A stretch of DNA of 64,000 nucleotides, from the NCBI RefSeq assembly GCF_004010195.1, contig NC_057719.1:12501969-12565968 (forward strand). Direction: 5' to 3'. Made by a program: the position numbers and the translations under genes. The stretch's first letter is position 1. Each line of letters begins with the position of its first letter. Source of the stretch: Chiloscyllium plagiosum (taxonomy: Eukaryota). The notes beneath the pieces are model-generated. The model worked only from the letters and a program-made list of their open reading frames with translations, did no database searches and had not been told where the DNA came from. Positions 1-13,655 of the stretch are shown piece by piece.

Positions 1-352
1 CTAGGAACTCTCCAACCACAAGGGATGAACTCGGGTTTCACCAGTTTCCTCATTTCCCCTCCCCCCACCTTGTCTCAGTCAAATCCATCGAATTCAGCAC
101 CGCCTTCCTAACCTGCAATCTTCTTCCCGACCTCTCCGCCCCCACCCCAGTCTGACCTATCACCCTCACCTTGACCTCTTTCCACCTATCACATTTCCGG
201 CGCCCCTCCCCCAAGTCCCTCCTCCCTATCTTTTATCTTAGCCTGCTGGACCAACTTTCCTCATTCCTGAAGAAGGGCTAATGCCCGAAACGTCGATTCT
301 CCTGTTCCCTAGATGCTGCCTGACCTGCTACGCTTTTCCAGCAACACATTTC
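1..352 (+). mobile_element. Penelope-like element 3' end / pLTR with intact minimal hammerhead core at 267-294
   Basis: CTGAAGA-A-GGGC-TAAT-GCCC-GAAACGTC followed by the family tail GATGCTGCCTGACCTGCT; same family as 2846-3183, which carries GIY-YIG C-terminal coding sequence. Confidence 0.8.
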
Positions 353-359
353 CATCTCT

Positions 360-3300
360 ATCCTTCACAAAACCGTATTGATTATCCCTAATCAAATTAT
401 TCCTTTCCAGATGATTATAAATCCTCTCTCTTATTATCCTTTCCAACACTTTACCTACAACTGAAGCAAGGCTCACTGGTCTATAATTACTCTCCTTGAA
501 CAAGGAAACAAATTTGCTATCCTCCAGTTTTATCATTATTCCTATAGAAAATGACGATATAAAGATAAAAATCAAAAGCTTTGCAATCGCCTCCCTCGCT
601 TCCCTGAGAATCCCATTCGGCCCAGGGGACTTACCTGTTTTTACACTTTCCAGAATTGCTAACACCTCCTCCTTGTGAACCTCAATTCCATCCAGTCTAA
701 TAGCCTGTATCTCAGTATTCTCCTTGACAACATTGCTTTTTCTTGTGTGAACACTGACGAAAAATATTCATTTAGCGCTTCTCCTATCTCTTCGGATTCC
801 ACACACAACTTCCCACTACTGTCCTCGACAGGCCCTAATCTTACTGTAGTCATTCTTTCCTTTCTGACATACTTATAGAAAGCTTTAGTGTTTTCCTTGA
901 TCCTATCTGCCAAAGACTTCTCATGTTCCCTCCTGGCTCTTCTTATCTCTCTCTTAGCTCCTTCCTGGCTAGCTTGTGATTCTCAAGCACCCTAACTGAT
1001 CCTTCAAGACTCAACTTTATAGAAGCCTCCTTCCTCTTGACAAGAGATTCAACTTCTTTAGTAAACCCTCGCTTGACCACTTCCTCCTTGCCTGACATGT
1101 ACATACTTATCAAGGACATGCAGTAGCTGTTCCTTGAACGAGCTCCACATTTCAATTGTGCTCGTCCTCTGCAGTTTCCTTCCCCATCCTATGCATCCTA
1201 AATCTTGCTTATATACCTATCACTTTTTATTGCTAAAGTAAACGTAACCGAATTCTGGTCACTATCACCAAAGTGCTCACCCACCTCTAAATCTAACACC
1301 TGGCTTGGTCCATTACCCAGTACCAAATCCAATATAGCCTCACCTCTTGTTGGCCTGTCTACATACTGCGTCAGGAAATCCTCCTGCACACAATGGACAA
1401 AAACTGACCCATCTAAGGTACTTGAACTATAACATTTCCAGTCAATATTTGGAAAGTGAAAGTCCCCATAACAACTATCCTGTTACTTTTGCTCCTATCC
1501 TGAATCATCTTTGCTATCCTTTTCTCTATATCTCGAACATTTTGGAGACCTATAGAAAACTCCCAACAAGGTGACCTCTCCTTTCCTGTTTCTACTACCT
1601 TAGTAGACAAGTCCTCATCAAACGTCCTTTCTGCCATTGTAATACTGTCCTTGACTAGCAATGCCTCATCTTTTACCACCTTCCCTGATCTTACTGAAAC
1701 ATCTAAATCCCAGAACCTGCAACAACCATTCCTGACCCTGCTCTGTTTATGTAGTTGAAATGGCCATAACATTGAAGTCCCTGGTACAAACCCATGTTGC
1801 AAGTTCACCCATCTTTTTCTGGATACTCTTTGCACTGACGTAGACACACTTCAAATCACCTTCCTACCTGCTGGTACACACCTGCGACCTTGAAACCTTA
1901 TTCATGACCTCACTACTCTCAACCTCCTGTATGCTGCAGCTACAATTCAGGTTCCCATCCCCCTGCTGAATTAGTTTAAATCCTCCTGAATAACATTAGC
2001 AACAACCACCCCTTGCTGCCCCCCTCCCCCCCCCCCGGATATTGGGACCCCTCTGATTCAGGTGTATATTATCCAATTTGTAGAGGTCCCACCGACCCCA
2101 GAATGAGCCCCAATTATCCAGGTATCTGAATCTCTCCCTTCTGCACCATCCCTGTAACCCATGGGTTCAACTGCTCTCTCTCCCCCCATTCCTTGCCTCA
2201 CTAGTACAAGGCACAGGTAACAAACCAGCGATTACAACTCTGTTTGTTCTAGCTCTAAGCTTCCACCCTAGCTCCTTGAACTTCTGCCTTACATCTCCAT
2301 CTCTTTTCCTACCTATTCCTGACAAACGTATAGAAAGCTTTAGGGTTTTCCTTGATCCTACCTGTCAAAGACTTTCCATGTCCCCTCCTCACTCTTCTTA
2401 GCTCTCTTTAGGTCTTTCCTGGCCAACTTGTAACACTCAAGCGTCCTAACTGAGCCTTCATGTCTCATCTTTACATAAGCCTCCTTCTTCCTCTTGACAA
2501 GAGATTCAATCTCTTTAGTAAACCACGGTTCCCTTGCTCAACCACTTCCTCCCTGCCTGACGGGTATATACATATCAAGAACACGCAGTAGCTGTTCCTT
2601 GAATAAGCTCCACATTTCAATTGTGCCCATACCCTGTATCATAATCGCCTTTCTCCCAGCTATAACTCTTGCCCTGCGGTACATACCTATCCCTTTCCAT
2701 CGCTAAAGTAAACGTAACTGAATTGTGAGAGGCAGGTCACTATCACCAAAGTGCTCACCTACCTCCAAATCGAACACCTGGTCCAGTTCATTACCCAGTA
2801 CCAAATCCAATGTAGTCTTGCCGCTTGTTGGTCTATCTATATACTAAAGCAGAGTGCTTTAGGGAACATCTCCGGGACACTCGCACAAATCAACCACACC
2901 ACCCCGTGGCCTAACATTTCAACTCCCCCTCCCACTCTGCCGAGGACATGGAGGTCCTGGGCCTCCTTCACCGCCGCTCCCTCACCACCAGATGCCTGGA
3001 GGAAGAACGACCTATTGTACTCTATGCTACTTTCTCCCCACCCCCACCCTCCTCTAGCTTATCTCTCCACGCTTCAGACTCTCTGCCTTTATTCCTGAAG
3101 AAGGGCCTTTGCCTGAAACATCGATTTCACTGCTCCTTGGATGCTGCCTGAACTGCTGTGCTCTTCCAGCACCACTGATCCAGTATCTACATACTGTGTC
3201 AAGAAACCCTCCTGCACACATTGGACAAAAACTGATCCAAGGTACTTGAACTATAGCGTTTCCAGTCAATATTTGGCAAGTTAAAGCCCCCATAACAACT

Positions 3301-3500
3301 ACCCTGTTACTTTCACCCCAATCCTTTCCTTGACATCTCTGCAACTGTTTAGAATCCATAGAAAACTCCCTACATGGTGATCTCTCCTTTCCTGTTTCTA
3401 AGCTCAGCCCATACTACCTCAGTAGACCAGTCCTCATCAAATGTCCTTTTGGCCATCATAATACTGTCCTTGACTAACAATGCCACACCTCCCCCTTTTA
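360..3500 (-). mobile_element. Two adjacent decayed CR1 LINE fragments (~360-2315 and ~2316-3500)
   Basis: KSPGPNGI, NYRPVSLASVVGKVLE, FLTQYVDRPTRGEAILDLVLGN and IKENTKAFYKYV fragments; the endonuclease-linker region is present twice. Confidence 0.9.
2846..3183 (+). mobile_element. Penelope-like fragment (GIY-YIG C-terminus plus pLTR) inserted in a CR1
   Basis: REHLRDTRTNQP.../HFNSPSHSAEDMEVLGLLH peptide; degenerate hammerhead ~3094-3122; TSD tatctatatact (2834-2845) / tatctacatact (3184-3195). Confidence 0.8.
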
Positions 3501-3739
3501 GGGGGAGTTATCTAAATGTCTTTTAAATGTTGTAACTGTACACGCATGGAAATACATAAACATAAGAAATAGGAGGAGCAGACCATCTGACCTGCTGAGC
3601 CTGCTCTGCCATTCAATGACATCTTTTCGTGAATTCAGCTGCACTTACCGCTTGCTCACCATAACACTTAATTATTTTATTGTTCAAAAATCAATCTGAA
3701 TCATGAAGATCCAGTTGATGGGAAAATAATTGTCCAGTC

Positions 3740-4490
3740 ATACAACATGCAAACTTGTCCATGCTGACCAGGTGGCTTCAATTCAACTAGTCATATTTGT
3801 CTGCATCTGGGTCATATTCCTTGAAACATTTCCTATCCATGTACCTCTCCTAATGTCTTTTAACTGTTGTAATTGTTCGCACTTCTACCACTTCCTCTGA
3901 CAGCTCGTTCCATATATGCACCATCATTTGTGTGGAAAAGTTGCCTCTCAAGTCCTTTTTAAATCTTTTCCCTCTCTCCTTAAGCCTATTCCGTCTAGTT
4001 TTGGGCTCCCCTGCCCTGGGGAAAGTCAGTGGTTATTCACCTTATATATGTCCCTCTTGATTTTATAAATCTCTGTAAGGTCACCCAACAATTTTCTATG
4101 CTCCAGGGAAGAAAATCACAGTCTGTCAACCTCTACCTGTAACTCAAATCTTCCAGTCTTGGTAACATCCTTGTAAATCTTTTCGCACTCCTTCCAGTTT
4201 AATAACATCCTTCCTATCACAGGGCGACCAGAAGTATACACAATACTCCAAATATGGCCTTACCAATGTCTTGTACAGCTGTAACGTGATATCCAAACTC
4301 CTGTACTCACTGCTCTGACCAATGAAGGGAAGCACTTCAAACGCCGCCTTCACTATGCCTGTGATGCCCACTTTCAAGGAATTATGTACCTGCACCCGCA
4401 GGTCCCTCTGTTCAACAACACTCTCCATGGCCCTATCATTAACTGCTCCAGTTTGTCTCACCAAAATGCAACACCTCGCATATTGAATAA
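3740..4490 (-). mobile_element. CR1 LINE 3' fragment
   Basis: QLYKTLVRPYLEYCVYFWSP C-terminal CR1 motif. Confidence 0.85.
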
Positions 4491-4537
4491 GTTTTGTACA
4501 ATTGCAGTTGTCCAAATGTGGGGTAATGTTATCTTAC

Positions 4538-4639
4538 CTTCTTTTATTCCTCCAAACTTATAGTTGATTCCACTAAATTTCCATTCAGCTTTCAAAGACG
4601 GTGGTAAACATGAACTTGTAAATAGTTTGCTGTCCACAT
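4538..4639 (-). CDS. ENTPD5: ENTPD5 coding exon 9 (last in window; gene continues past position 1)
   Basis: cttgcttccag|ATGTGG...AAAGAAG|gtaaga; 102 nt; (D)VDSKLFTSSCLPPSLKAEWKFSGINYKFGGIKE(G), similar to the mammalian SACLPRWLEAEWIFGG segment. Confidence 0.95.
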
Positions 4640-4779
4640 CTGGAAGCAAGTATGGACAATGTTTGGAAGGATGGAATTGAGAAAACTAAAAATCCACAAT
4701 GTTTTAAAAAAATGCAAGCAGTCTACTGAAACTTTAAAAGTCCTGTCAAAGTAAAGGAAAACCTATTTTTTTCCAAACA

Positions 4780-5400
4780 CACTGACACAAAGATCAGTAC
4801 AGTGGTAAACAGTGAAGAGGACAGCTGTAAACTGCAGGAGGATATTAACAAAATAGTCAGGTGGACAATGCAGTGGTAAACAGAATTCATCCTGGAAAAA
4901 TGTGAGAGAATGCACTTGAGGAAGGCTACAAGGCAAAGGGTTACTATGAATGGAAGAATCTTCAAAAATGCTGAAGGTCAGAGGGATGGTCGTGAACATA
5001 TCCACAGTTCCCTGAATATAGCAGGACAAGTTGATAAGGTGATTAATAAGGTTCATGCAACATGTGTCTTTATGAGCTGAGGCACAGAATACAACACCAG
5101 GGAGTTTATCTTGGAACTGTACAAAATGCCGGTGAGGCCACAACTAGAGTACTGCAACAACTTGTTCTGATCATATTATGGGAAGAATGTGATTGCACTA
5201 GAGAGAATGCAGAGGAAGTTTACCAGGAGACTGCTTGGACTGGAGGGTCTGAGCTATGAGAAAAGTTTGGACAGGGGGGAGTTGTGTTCCTTGAATCGTG
5301 ACGATCGCAAGGGATGGAGGTGCATAAGATTTTGAGGAGCGTAGGTAGAATTGATAGCAAAGCACTTTTTCCATTAGTAGAGAGGTCAATAATGAATCAG
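4780..5400 (+). mobile_element. Old CR1 3' fragment
   Basis: Degenerate LQEDIN..., LELYK..VRPQLEY segments. Confidence 0.7.
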
Positions 5401-5802
5401 TGTGGACATAATGGACCGAATGTATTGTAGATATCTATGAACGAAGTGAGAATATCAAGGGATCATCTCAAAGTCACCCCTTTGACAATTTCTGATCATG
5501 GATTCTATCCCAATAATTAAATTATGAGGGAATTAATTAGATGAAGTACATAAAGCATTAAGTTCCACTGAGTACTGACAGTCTCATTCTCCAATTGTTA
5601 CACCTGGTGTTAATCTAGAAGTCAACATGAATGGACAGTGGCCCTAAAAGATTCTCCTCTTTGTGGGAGTTACTGCACACCTACAATAACTTTGTTTTCA
5701 AGTCAGTTTTACTGCGAGGATACATTTGTACGAAAGTAGACTGTGCCAACAAAAAAACAATCTCAGGCAAAGTCCAAGGTAGGAATTATATTGTAAAATA
5801 AA

Positions 5803-6690
5803 GTCATAGAGATGTATAGCATGGAAACTGACCCTTTGGTCCAACTCATCCATGCCGATCAGATATTCTAAATTAATCTTGTCCCATTTGCCAGCATTTT
5901 GCCCATATCCCTCTAAACCCTTCTTATTCATTTACCCATCCTGATGAGTTTTAAACGTTGTAATTGTACCAGCCTCCACCACTTCATCTGGTTGCTCATT
6001 CCATACACACATCACCCTCTGTCTGAAAAAGTTGCCTCTTAAATCCCTTTTACATCTTTTCCATCTCATCTTAAACCTGTACCTCTAGTTTTGGACTCCC
6101 CTATTCCCGGGAAAAGACCTTGTCTCTTTACCCTATCTATGCCCCTCATTATTTTATAAACCTCTATACAGGTCACCCCTCAGCCTCCGTTGCTCCAGGG
6201 AAGACATCCCCCGTCTATTCAGCCTGTCCCTATAGTTCAAACATCCTTGTAAATCTTTTCTGAACCCTTCCAAGTTTCAAAACATCCTTCCTACAGCAGT
6301 GAAACCAGAATTGCATGCAGTAGTCCAGTTGTGGCCTAACCAATGCCCTGTACAGCCACAACATGACCTCCCAACTCCCATACTCAATGCACTGACTAAG
6401 CAGACCAAACACCTTCTTCACTATCCTATCTACCTACGACTCCACTTTCAAGGAACTATGAATGTGCACACCAAGGTCTCTATGTTCAGCAACACTCCCC
6501 AGGACCTTCCTAATTTGCCTTTTCAAAATGCAGCACCTCACATTTATCTAAATTAAACTCCATCTGCCACTCTTCAGCCCATTGGCCGATCTGATCAAGA
6601 TCCCATTGTACTCTGAGGTGACCTTCTTCGCTGTCCACGATACCTCCAATTTCGGTGTAATCTGCAAATTTGCCAACCATATCTCGTATG
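5803..6690 (-). mobile_element. CR1 LINE 3' fragment
   Basis: KFADYTEIGG, WAEEWQMEFNLDKCEVLHF, LYRALVRPQLDYC; 3' tail CATCTCTATGAC. Confidence 0.9.
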
Positions 6691-7139
6691 TTCAAACTGG
6701 GAAAAATGAAACTTGTGTCATTTTTATAAATTTGAAATCAAGTAAAACAAAGTGCCACAGAGCCACCCTATCCTCAGAATTACTAAACACCCCCAGTGAC
6801 TCAGATGCAGGTTCACCACGTGATTCAGCTGTGGCCCACTGAAATAAGAGGTATTCAGGATTTATTTTCTAACCTGTGTGATCCATCCATGAGAGGCAAG
6901 GGAGGAGATAGCTGGTGTCCTGGCAGATGCATTAAATACTTCGCTGGCCACAGGCAAAGTGCCTGATGACAGGAGGATAGCTGATATAGTTCCTTTGTTC
7001 AAGAAGGGCAGCAGGGATAGACCAGGTAATTACAGTCCAGTTAGTCTGAGGTCAGTGGTAGAGAAATTATTGGAAAAATTCTGAAGTTCAGGATTAATCA
7101 ATACATGGAAGGCAGGGACTGATCAAGGATAGTCAGAAC

Positions 7140-10128
7140 TTGTGGTACACATTGGTAGCAATGAGATAGCTAGGAAAAGGGATGTGGACCTGAAAAGTGA
7201 ATATGGGGAGTTACGTTGGAATCTAAAAGGCAGGACAAGCACAGTAGTAATCTCAGGATTGGTACCAGTGCCACAGGCTTCAGAGATGTGGATCACTGAG
7301 ATACCTTCTGGGGAAAGTGGGACCTGTACAAGAAGGATTGGTTGTACCCGAGCTGGAGGGGCACCAATATCCTGTACGGGAGGTTTGCTTGAGCTCTTTG
7401 GGAGAGTTTAAACTAGTTTGGCGGGGGATGGGAACAGGAGCTATGGATCAGTAGCTGGTGAACAAGCAGATACACTGTGCAGAGAATCTGTGAGGAAGGA
7501 TAGACAGTTGATAGCAAAGCTGCAGTCAGTGTGATGGGCTGAAGTATATATATTTTAATGCAAGAAGTGTCAGAAACAAGGGTGATGAACTTAAAGCATG
7601 GATCAGTACTTGGAGCTATGATGTTGTAGCCACTGCGGAGACTTGGATATCACAGGGGCAAGAATAGTTGTTGGATATTCAGGGTTTAGATGTTTCAAAA
7701 GGAGTAGGGAGGGAGGTAAAAGAGGTGGTGATGTGGCATTGCTAATCAGGAATAGTACCACAGCTGCAGAAATGGAGGTCATTGAGGACAGTTTGCTTAC
7801 AGAGTCAGTATGGGTAGAAGTCAGAAACAGAAAAGGATTGGTTACTTTATTGGGAGTTTTCTATAGACCACTCCAATAGCAACAGAAACAGAGGAGCAGA
7901 TTGGGAGGCAGATTTTGGAAAGATGCATAAGTAACAGGGTTGTTGTCATAAGTCTTTTCAACTTCCCTAATATTGATTGGAACTTTCTTGATGCAAATAG
8001 TTTGGATGGAGCAAATTTTGTCAGGTGTGTCCAGGAAGGATTCCTGACTCAATATGTAGATAGGCTGACTAGGGGGGAGACCATATTGGATTTGGTGCTT
8101 TGCAATGAATCAAGTCAGATGTCAAATCTCTCTTGGGAGTGCATTTCAGTGATAGTGATCATAACTCCCTGAACTTCACTATAGGCATGGAGAGGGACAG
8201 GAGCAGACAGTATGGGAAAGTATTTAATGGGGGGAGGGGGAATTACCATGCTCTTAGGTAGGAACTGTGGAGCATAAATTGGAACAGATATTCTCAGGGA
8301 AGTGCACAACAGAAATGTGGAGGTTGTTCAGGGAGCACTTGCTACGAGTGCTGGATGTGTTGTCCCACTGAGGCAAGGAAGGGATGGTCGGGTGAAGGAA
8401 CCTCAGATGACAAGAGATGTGGTACATCTAGTCAAGAGGAAGAAGGAAGCTTACTTAAGGATGAGGAAGCAAGGATCAGTCAGGGCCCTGGATGGTTACA
8501 ACGTAGCCAGGAAGCAAGTGAAGAATGGACTTAGAAGATGTAGAAGGAAGCATAATAAAGCCTTGGTGGGTAGAATTAAGGAAAACGCCAAGGCATTCTA
8601 TGCTTATGTGAGGAACAAGAGGATGGCCAAAGTGAGGGTTGGGCCGATCAACAATAGTGGAGGGAACTTGTGCCTTGAGTCGGAGGAGTTGGGGTGGTCC
8701 TTAATGGATACTTTGCTTTAGTATTCACTAATGAGAGGGACCTTGTTGTTTGTGAGGACTGCGTGAAACAGGCTACTTTGCTAGAACAGGTTGATGTTAA
8801 GAAGGAGCATGTGCTGGAAATATTGAAAAACATGAGCATAGATAAGTCCCTGGGCCAGATGAGATATACCCAAGGTTACTATGGGAAGTGAGGGAAGAGA
8901 TTGTCGCGCCTTTGGCAATGATCTTTGCATCCTCACTGTCCACTAGAGTAGTACCAGATCATTGGAGGGTGGCAAATGTTATTCCTATGTTCTAGAAAGG
9001 GAATAGGGATAACCCTGGGAATTGCAAACCAGTCAGTCTTCTGTTGGTGGTGGGCAAGTTGTTGGAGAGGATTCTGAGACAGGATTTATGATTTTTTGGA
9101 AAAGCATACTTTGACTAGAGATAGTCAGCATGGCTTTGTGAGAGGCGGGTCATATCTCACGAGCCTTATTGAATTGTTTGAGGATGTGACAATACACACA
9201 TATGAAGGTGGAGCAATGGACGTGGTGTATATGGATTTTAGCAAGGCATTTGATAAGGTTCCCTATAGTAGGCCTATTCAGAAAGTAAGGAGGCATGGGA
9301 TACGGGGAAATTTGGCTTTCTGAATACAGAATTGGCTGGCCTATAGAAGACAGAGGGTGGTAGTAGATGGAAAGCATTCAGCCTAGACCATGGTGACCAG
9401 TGGTGTTCTTCATGGGTCTGTTCTGGGACCTCTGCTCTTTGTGATTTTTATAAATGACTTAGATGAGGAAGTGGGAGGTGGGTTAGTAAGTTTGCCCATG
9501 ACAGGAAGGTTGGAGTTGTGGATACTGTGGAGGACTATTGTAGACTGCAACAGGACACTGACAGGATGCAGAGCTGGGCTGATAGGTGACAGATGCAGTT
9601 CAACCTGGGAAAGTGAGAATGGTTCATTTTGGAAGGTTGAATCTGAATGCAGATTACAGGGTTTAAAGGCAAAATTCTTGGCAGTGTGGAGAAACAGAGG
9701 GATCTTGGTGTCCACATCCATAGATCCCTCAAAGTTGCCACCCAAGCTGATTGGGTTATTAAGGAGGTATATGGCGTGATGGCTTTCATTTGCAGGGGGA
9801 TTGAGTTTGAGTTTAAGAGCCGCGAGGTTATGATGCAGCTCTATAAAGCCCTGGTTAGATCACACTTGGAATACTGTGTTCTGTTCTGGTTGCCTGATTA
9901 TAGGAAGCATGTGGAAGCTTTAGAGAGGGTGCAGAGGAGATTTACCATGATGCTGCTTGGACTGGAGGGCATGTCTTATGAAGAAAGGTTGAGGGAACTA
10001 AGGCTTTTCTCATTGGAGCAAAGAACGATAAGAGGGGACTTGATAGAGGTGTACAAAAAGTTGAGAGGCATAGATAGATAGGATAGTCAGAGACTTTTTG
10101 CCAGGGCAGAATTTTAAGGTTTAGGTGA
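7140..10128 (+). mobile_element. Long CR1 LINE (ORF1 SGNH esterase end, APE endonuclease, RT), decayed
   Basis: VHIGSNEIARKR (ORF1), FNFPNIDW, YMDFSKAFDKVP, GSVLGPLLFVIFINDL, LYKALVRSHLEYC; many frameshifts. Confidence 0.93.
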
Positions 10129-10177
10129 GACAAAGAACAAAGAACAAAGAACAAAGAACAAAGAACAAAGAACAAAG
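10129..10177 (+). repeat. (AGAACAA)n 7-bp microsatellite, the CR1 3' tail
   Basis: About seven copies of ACAAAGA. Confidence 0.95.
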
Positions 10178-11021
10178 AAAATTTACAGCACAGGAACAGG
10201 CCCTTTGGCCCTCCAAGCCTGAGCCGATCCAAATCTACTGTCTAAACCTGTCGCCCAATTCCTAAGCATCTGTATCCCTCTGCTCCCCACCTACTCATGC
10301 ATCTGATCAGACGCATCTTAAATGAATCTACCGTGCCTGCCTCTACCACCTCTGCTGGCAACGCGTTCCAGGCACCCACCATCCTCTGTGTAAAGAACTT
10401 TCCGCGTGTATCCCCCTTAATCTTTTCACCTCTCACCTTGAAAGCGTGACCTCTCGTTATTTTCCCCTTACCCTGGGAAAAATCTTATCGCTATCTACCC
10501 TGTCTATACCCTTCATGATTTTGAAAACCTCAATCAGGTTCTCCTTCAATCTCATTTTTTCTAATGAGAACAAATTTAACCTACTCAACCTCTCTTCATA
10601 GCTAGCACCTTCCATACCAGACAACATCCTCTGCTCCCTCTCCAAAGCTTCCACATCCTTTTGGTAATATGCTACCAGAACTGAACACAGTATTCTAAAT
10701 GCGGCCGAACCAATGTCTTGTACAATTTTAACATGACCTGCTAGCTCTTATACTCAATACCCTGTCCAATGAAGGCAAGCATACCATATGCCTTCTTGAC
10801 CGCTCTATCCACCCATGCAGCAACCTTCAGGATACAATGGACCTGCACTCCCAGATCTCTCTGCTCATCAACTTTTCCCAAGGCTCTTCCGTTCACTGTA
10901 TAATTCGCTCTAGAATTAGTCTTGCCAAAATGCATCATCACACATTTGTCTGGATTGAACTCCATCTGCCACTTCTCTGCCCAACTCTCTTTATTCTCCT
11001 GTATTCTTTAACAGTCCCTTA

Positions 11022-11103
11022 TGCTTTCTGCTACTCCACCAATCTTTGTGTCATCTGCAAACTGCTTTCTGCTACTCCACCAATCTTTGTGTCATCTGCA
11101 AAC
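11022..11103 (+). repeat. Perfect 41-bp tandem duplication inside a CR1
   Basis: TGCTTTCTGCTACTCCACCAATCTTTGTGTCATCTGCAAAC twice. Confidence 0.93.
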
Positions 11104-12610
11104 TTGCTGATCATACAAACAGTACCCTCTTCCAGATCATTTATGTATATCACAAACAACAGTGGCCTCAGCACTGATCCCTGTGGAACACCACTGGTCA
11201 CCTTTCTTCATTTCAAGAAACTCCCTTCAATGACTGCTCTCTGTCTCCTGTTGCTCAACCAGTTCCTTATCCACCTAGCTAGAACACCCTGCACACAGAA
11301 AGTGAAGTCACAAGGTATCAGTTTACCATGGGAAACATTGTCAAATGCCTTACTAAAGTCCATGTATATGACATCAACAGCCTTCATCTATCAATTTGGT
11401 CACTTCCTCAAAGAACTCTACTAATTTGGTAAGGCACAATCTCCCCCGCACAAAACCATGTTGCCTATCACTGATAAGCCCATTCTTTTCTAAATATAAA
11501 TAGATCCTATCCCTCAGTACCTTCTCCACCAACTTTCCCACCACTGACGTCAGGCTCACTGATCTTTAGTTACCCGGAATATCCCTACTACCCTTCTCGT
11601 ATAAGGGTACAACATGAGCAACCTTCCAGTCCTCCGGCACATCACCTGTGTTTAACGATGCCACAAAGATATCTGTCAGGGCCCCAGCTATTTCCTCTCT
11701 TGCCTCCCTCAGCAACCTGGAATAAATCCCATCCGGTCCTGGGGATCTGTCCAACCTCTAGCATACCCAACACATCTTCCCTACTTATGTCAACGTGATC
11801 CAGACTAATCAAACTTCTATCTCTAATCTCAACATTCATCATGTTCCTCTCCTCCATGAACACTGATGCAAAGTAATCATTTAGAATCTCACCCATTCTC
11901 TCAGGTTCGACACACAGCCTTCCTTCATTATCCTTTAGTGGACCAATCCTTTCTCTAGTTACCTGCTTGCTTCTTATATAAGAATAAAGTGCTTTTGGAT
12001 TCTCTTTAATTCTGCTCACTAAAGCTATTTCATGACCCCTTTTAGCCTGTTTGTTTCTTCGTTTAAGACTGGTTCTACTCTCCCGATATTCCTCCAGGGC
12101 CCGTTCTGTTCTTAGCTGCCTGGACCTTATATAGGCTTCCCTTTTCCTCTTGGCTAGTCGTATGATTTCTCCTGTCATCCACGGTTCACAAATCTTGCCT
12201 TTCTTACCTTTGCCTTCAATGGGACATGCCTATCCTGCACTATCTTTGAAATCCTCCCATATATCAAATGTGGACTTCCCTTCAAATAGTTATGTCCAAT
12301 ACACATTTCCCAACTCATGCCAAATTTTGATATAATTGGCCTTGGCCCAGTTTAATACTCTTCTCTTAGGACCACTCTCAGTTTTGTCTATGATTATTCT
12401 ATAACTTACAGAACTGTGGTCACTATTCCCAAAGAAATCTAACACCGCAACTTATACCACCTGGCCTGGCTCATTACCCAATACCAGGTCTAATATAGCA
12501 CCTTCCCTCGTCGGACTAATGACATACTGCTCTAGAAAACTCTCCTGGACACTTCTTGCAAATTCTACTCCACACAGACCTCTGACGCTAAGTGTATACC
12601 AGTCAATGTC

Positions 12611-13460
12611 ACTTCTTTACATAGAGCGGTGGGTGCGTGAAACGCACTGCCACAACTTGTAGTAGAGTCAGATACATTCGGGACATTTAAGTGAATCTTG
12701 GATAGCCACATAGATGGTAGTAAAATTAAGGGTATGTTGGTTAGTTTGATCTTAAGAGTAGGATAAAAGGTCAGCACAACATTGAGGGCCAAAGGGTCCT
12801 GTACTATACTGTACTGTTCTATGTTCTATGTTCAATATGGATTTGTTAGAAGTCAAATTTAATTAATCTTTTTTGAAAAAATTACTAAATTTAAATGTGG
12901 GTAGTGCAGTTGATATGGTTTACATGGACTTCAGTAAGGCTGATAAGATCCTACATGAATGGCTGTTCCTAAAGGTAATAGCCCATGGGATCCAAGGAAA
13001 GTTGTCAGACTGGATCCAAACATTGGCTTGCAAATAGGAGGAAAAAGGTGATGGTGGAGGTTTGGCTTTGTAATCGAAAGCCTATGACTAGCGGCGTACC
13101 ACAGGGTGTACAAAATTATGATAGGCATACACGGAGTAGATCGCGAGAATATCTTCTCCATGACAAATGTGTCTAAGACAAGGCATAAGTTTAAGGTGAG
13201 GAACAAGGCAATCTGATTATGATTCTTCTCACCCAGAAGGTAGCATATATATATATACAATGTGCTGCTGCCTGAGAGGATGGTGCAGGTAGGTACTTTC
13301 CCAGCATTTAAGAAAAATCTGGATGAGTACTTAAAATTCCAGGGCACAGCAGTCTATGGACTAAGTACAGATATTTGGGATTAGTGTAGTTTGGTGCTTA
13401 TTGCTTGACATTGACACGGTGAGCTGAAGGGTCAATTTCTATGCTGTATGATCCAATGGA
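12611..13460 (+). mobile_element. CR1 3' end with (TTCTATG) tail followed by a degenerate CR1 RT/3' fragment
   Basis: tgttctatgttctatgttc at ~12815-12833; VDMVYMDFS-like and TSGVPQG segments. Confidence 0.75.
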
Positions 13461-13593
13461 GTCGTAACACAATGAAAAGTCTTATAAATTCCAGTGACAA
13501 CTAGAGTAGGGCAGAACTCTAACACTTCCCTTTTTTTTGAACTACAAAACCAAGAAATATTTAGTCAGTAATTAAAAATGAGATTGCACTTGC

Positions 13594-13655
13594 CTTTTGC
13601 ATCCAATGCTCCTAAAACAGCCAATCTTGCTACTTTCAGTCCAAAACCTAAATAA
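13594..13655 (-). CDS. ENTPD5: ENTPD5 coding exon 8 (GC donor)
   Basis: ttcttgattgtcag|TTATTTAGG...GCAAAAG|gcaagt; 62 nt; (S)YLGFGLKVARLAVLGALDAK; frame joins both neighbours with this boundary. Confidence 0.93.

Larger units (their letters stand above)
10129..12610 (-). mobile_element. CR1 LINE (second subfamily), tail-to-tail with the previous one
   Basis: DRSPGPDGIYSRLL, DRQHGFVRGR, MEFNPDKC; 3' microsatellite tail at 10129-10177. Confidence 0.92.

Noticed and set aside
10837..11424. 195-aa plus-strand ORF
   Set aside because: Antisense to a CR1 RT; such open frames are common opposite LINE ORF2.
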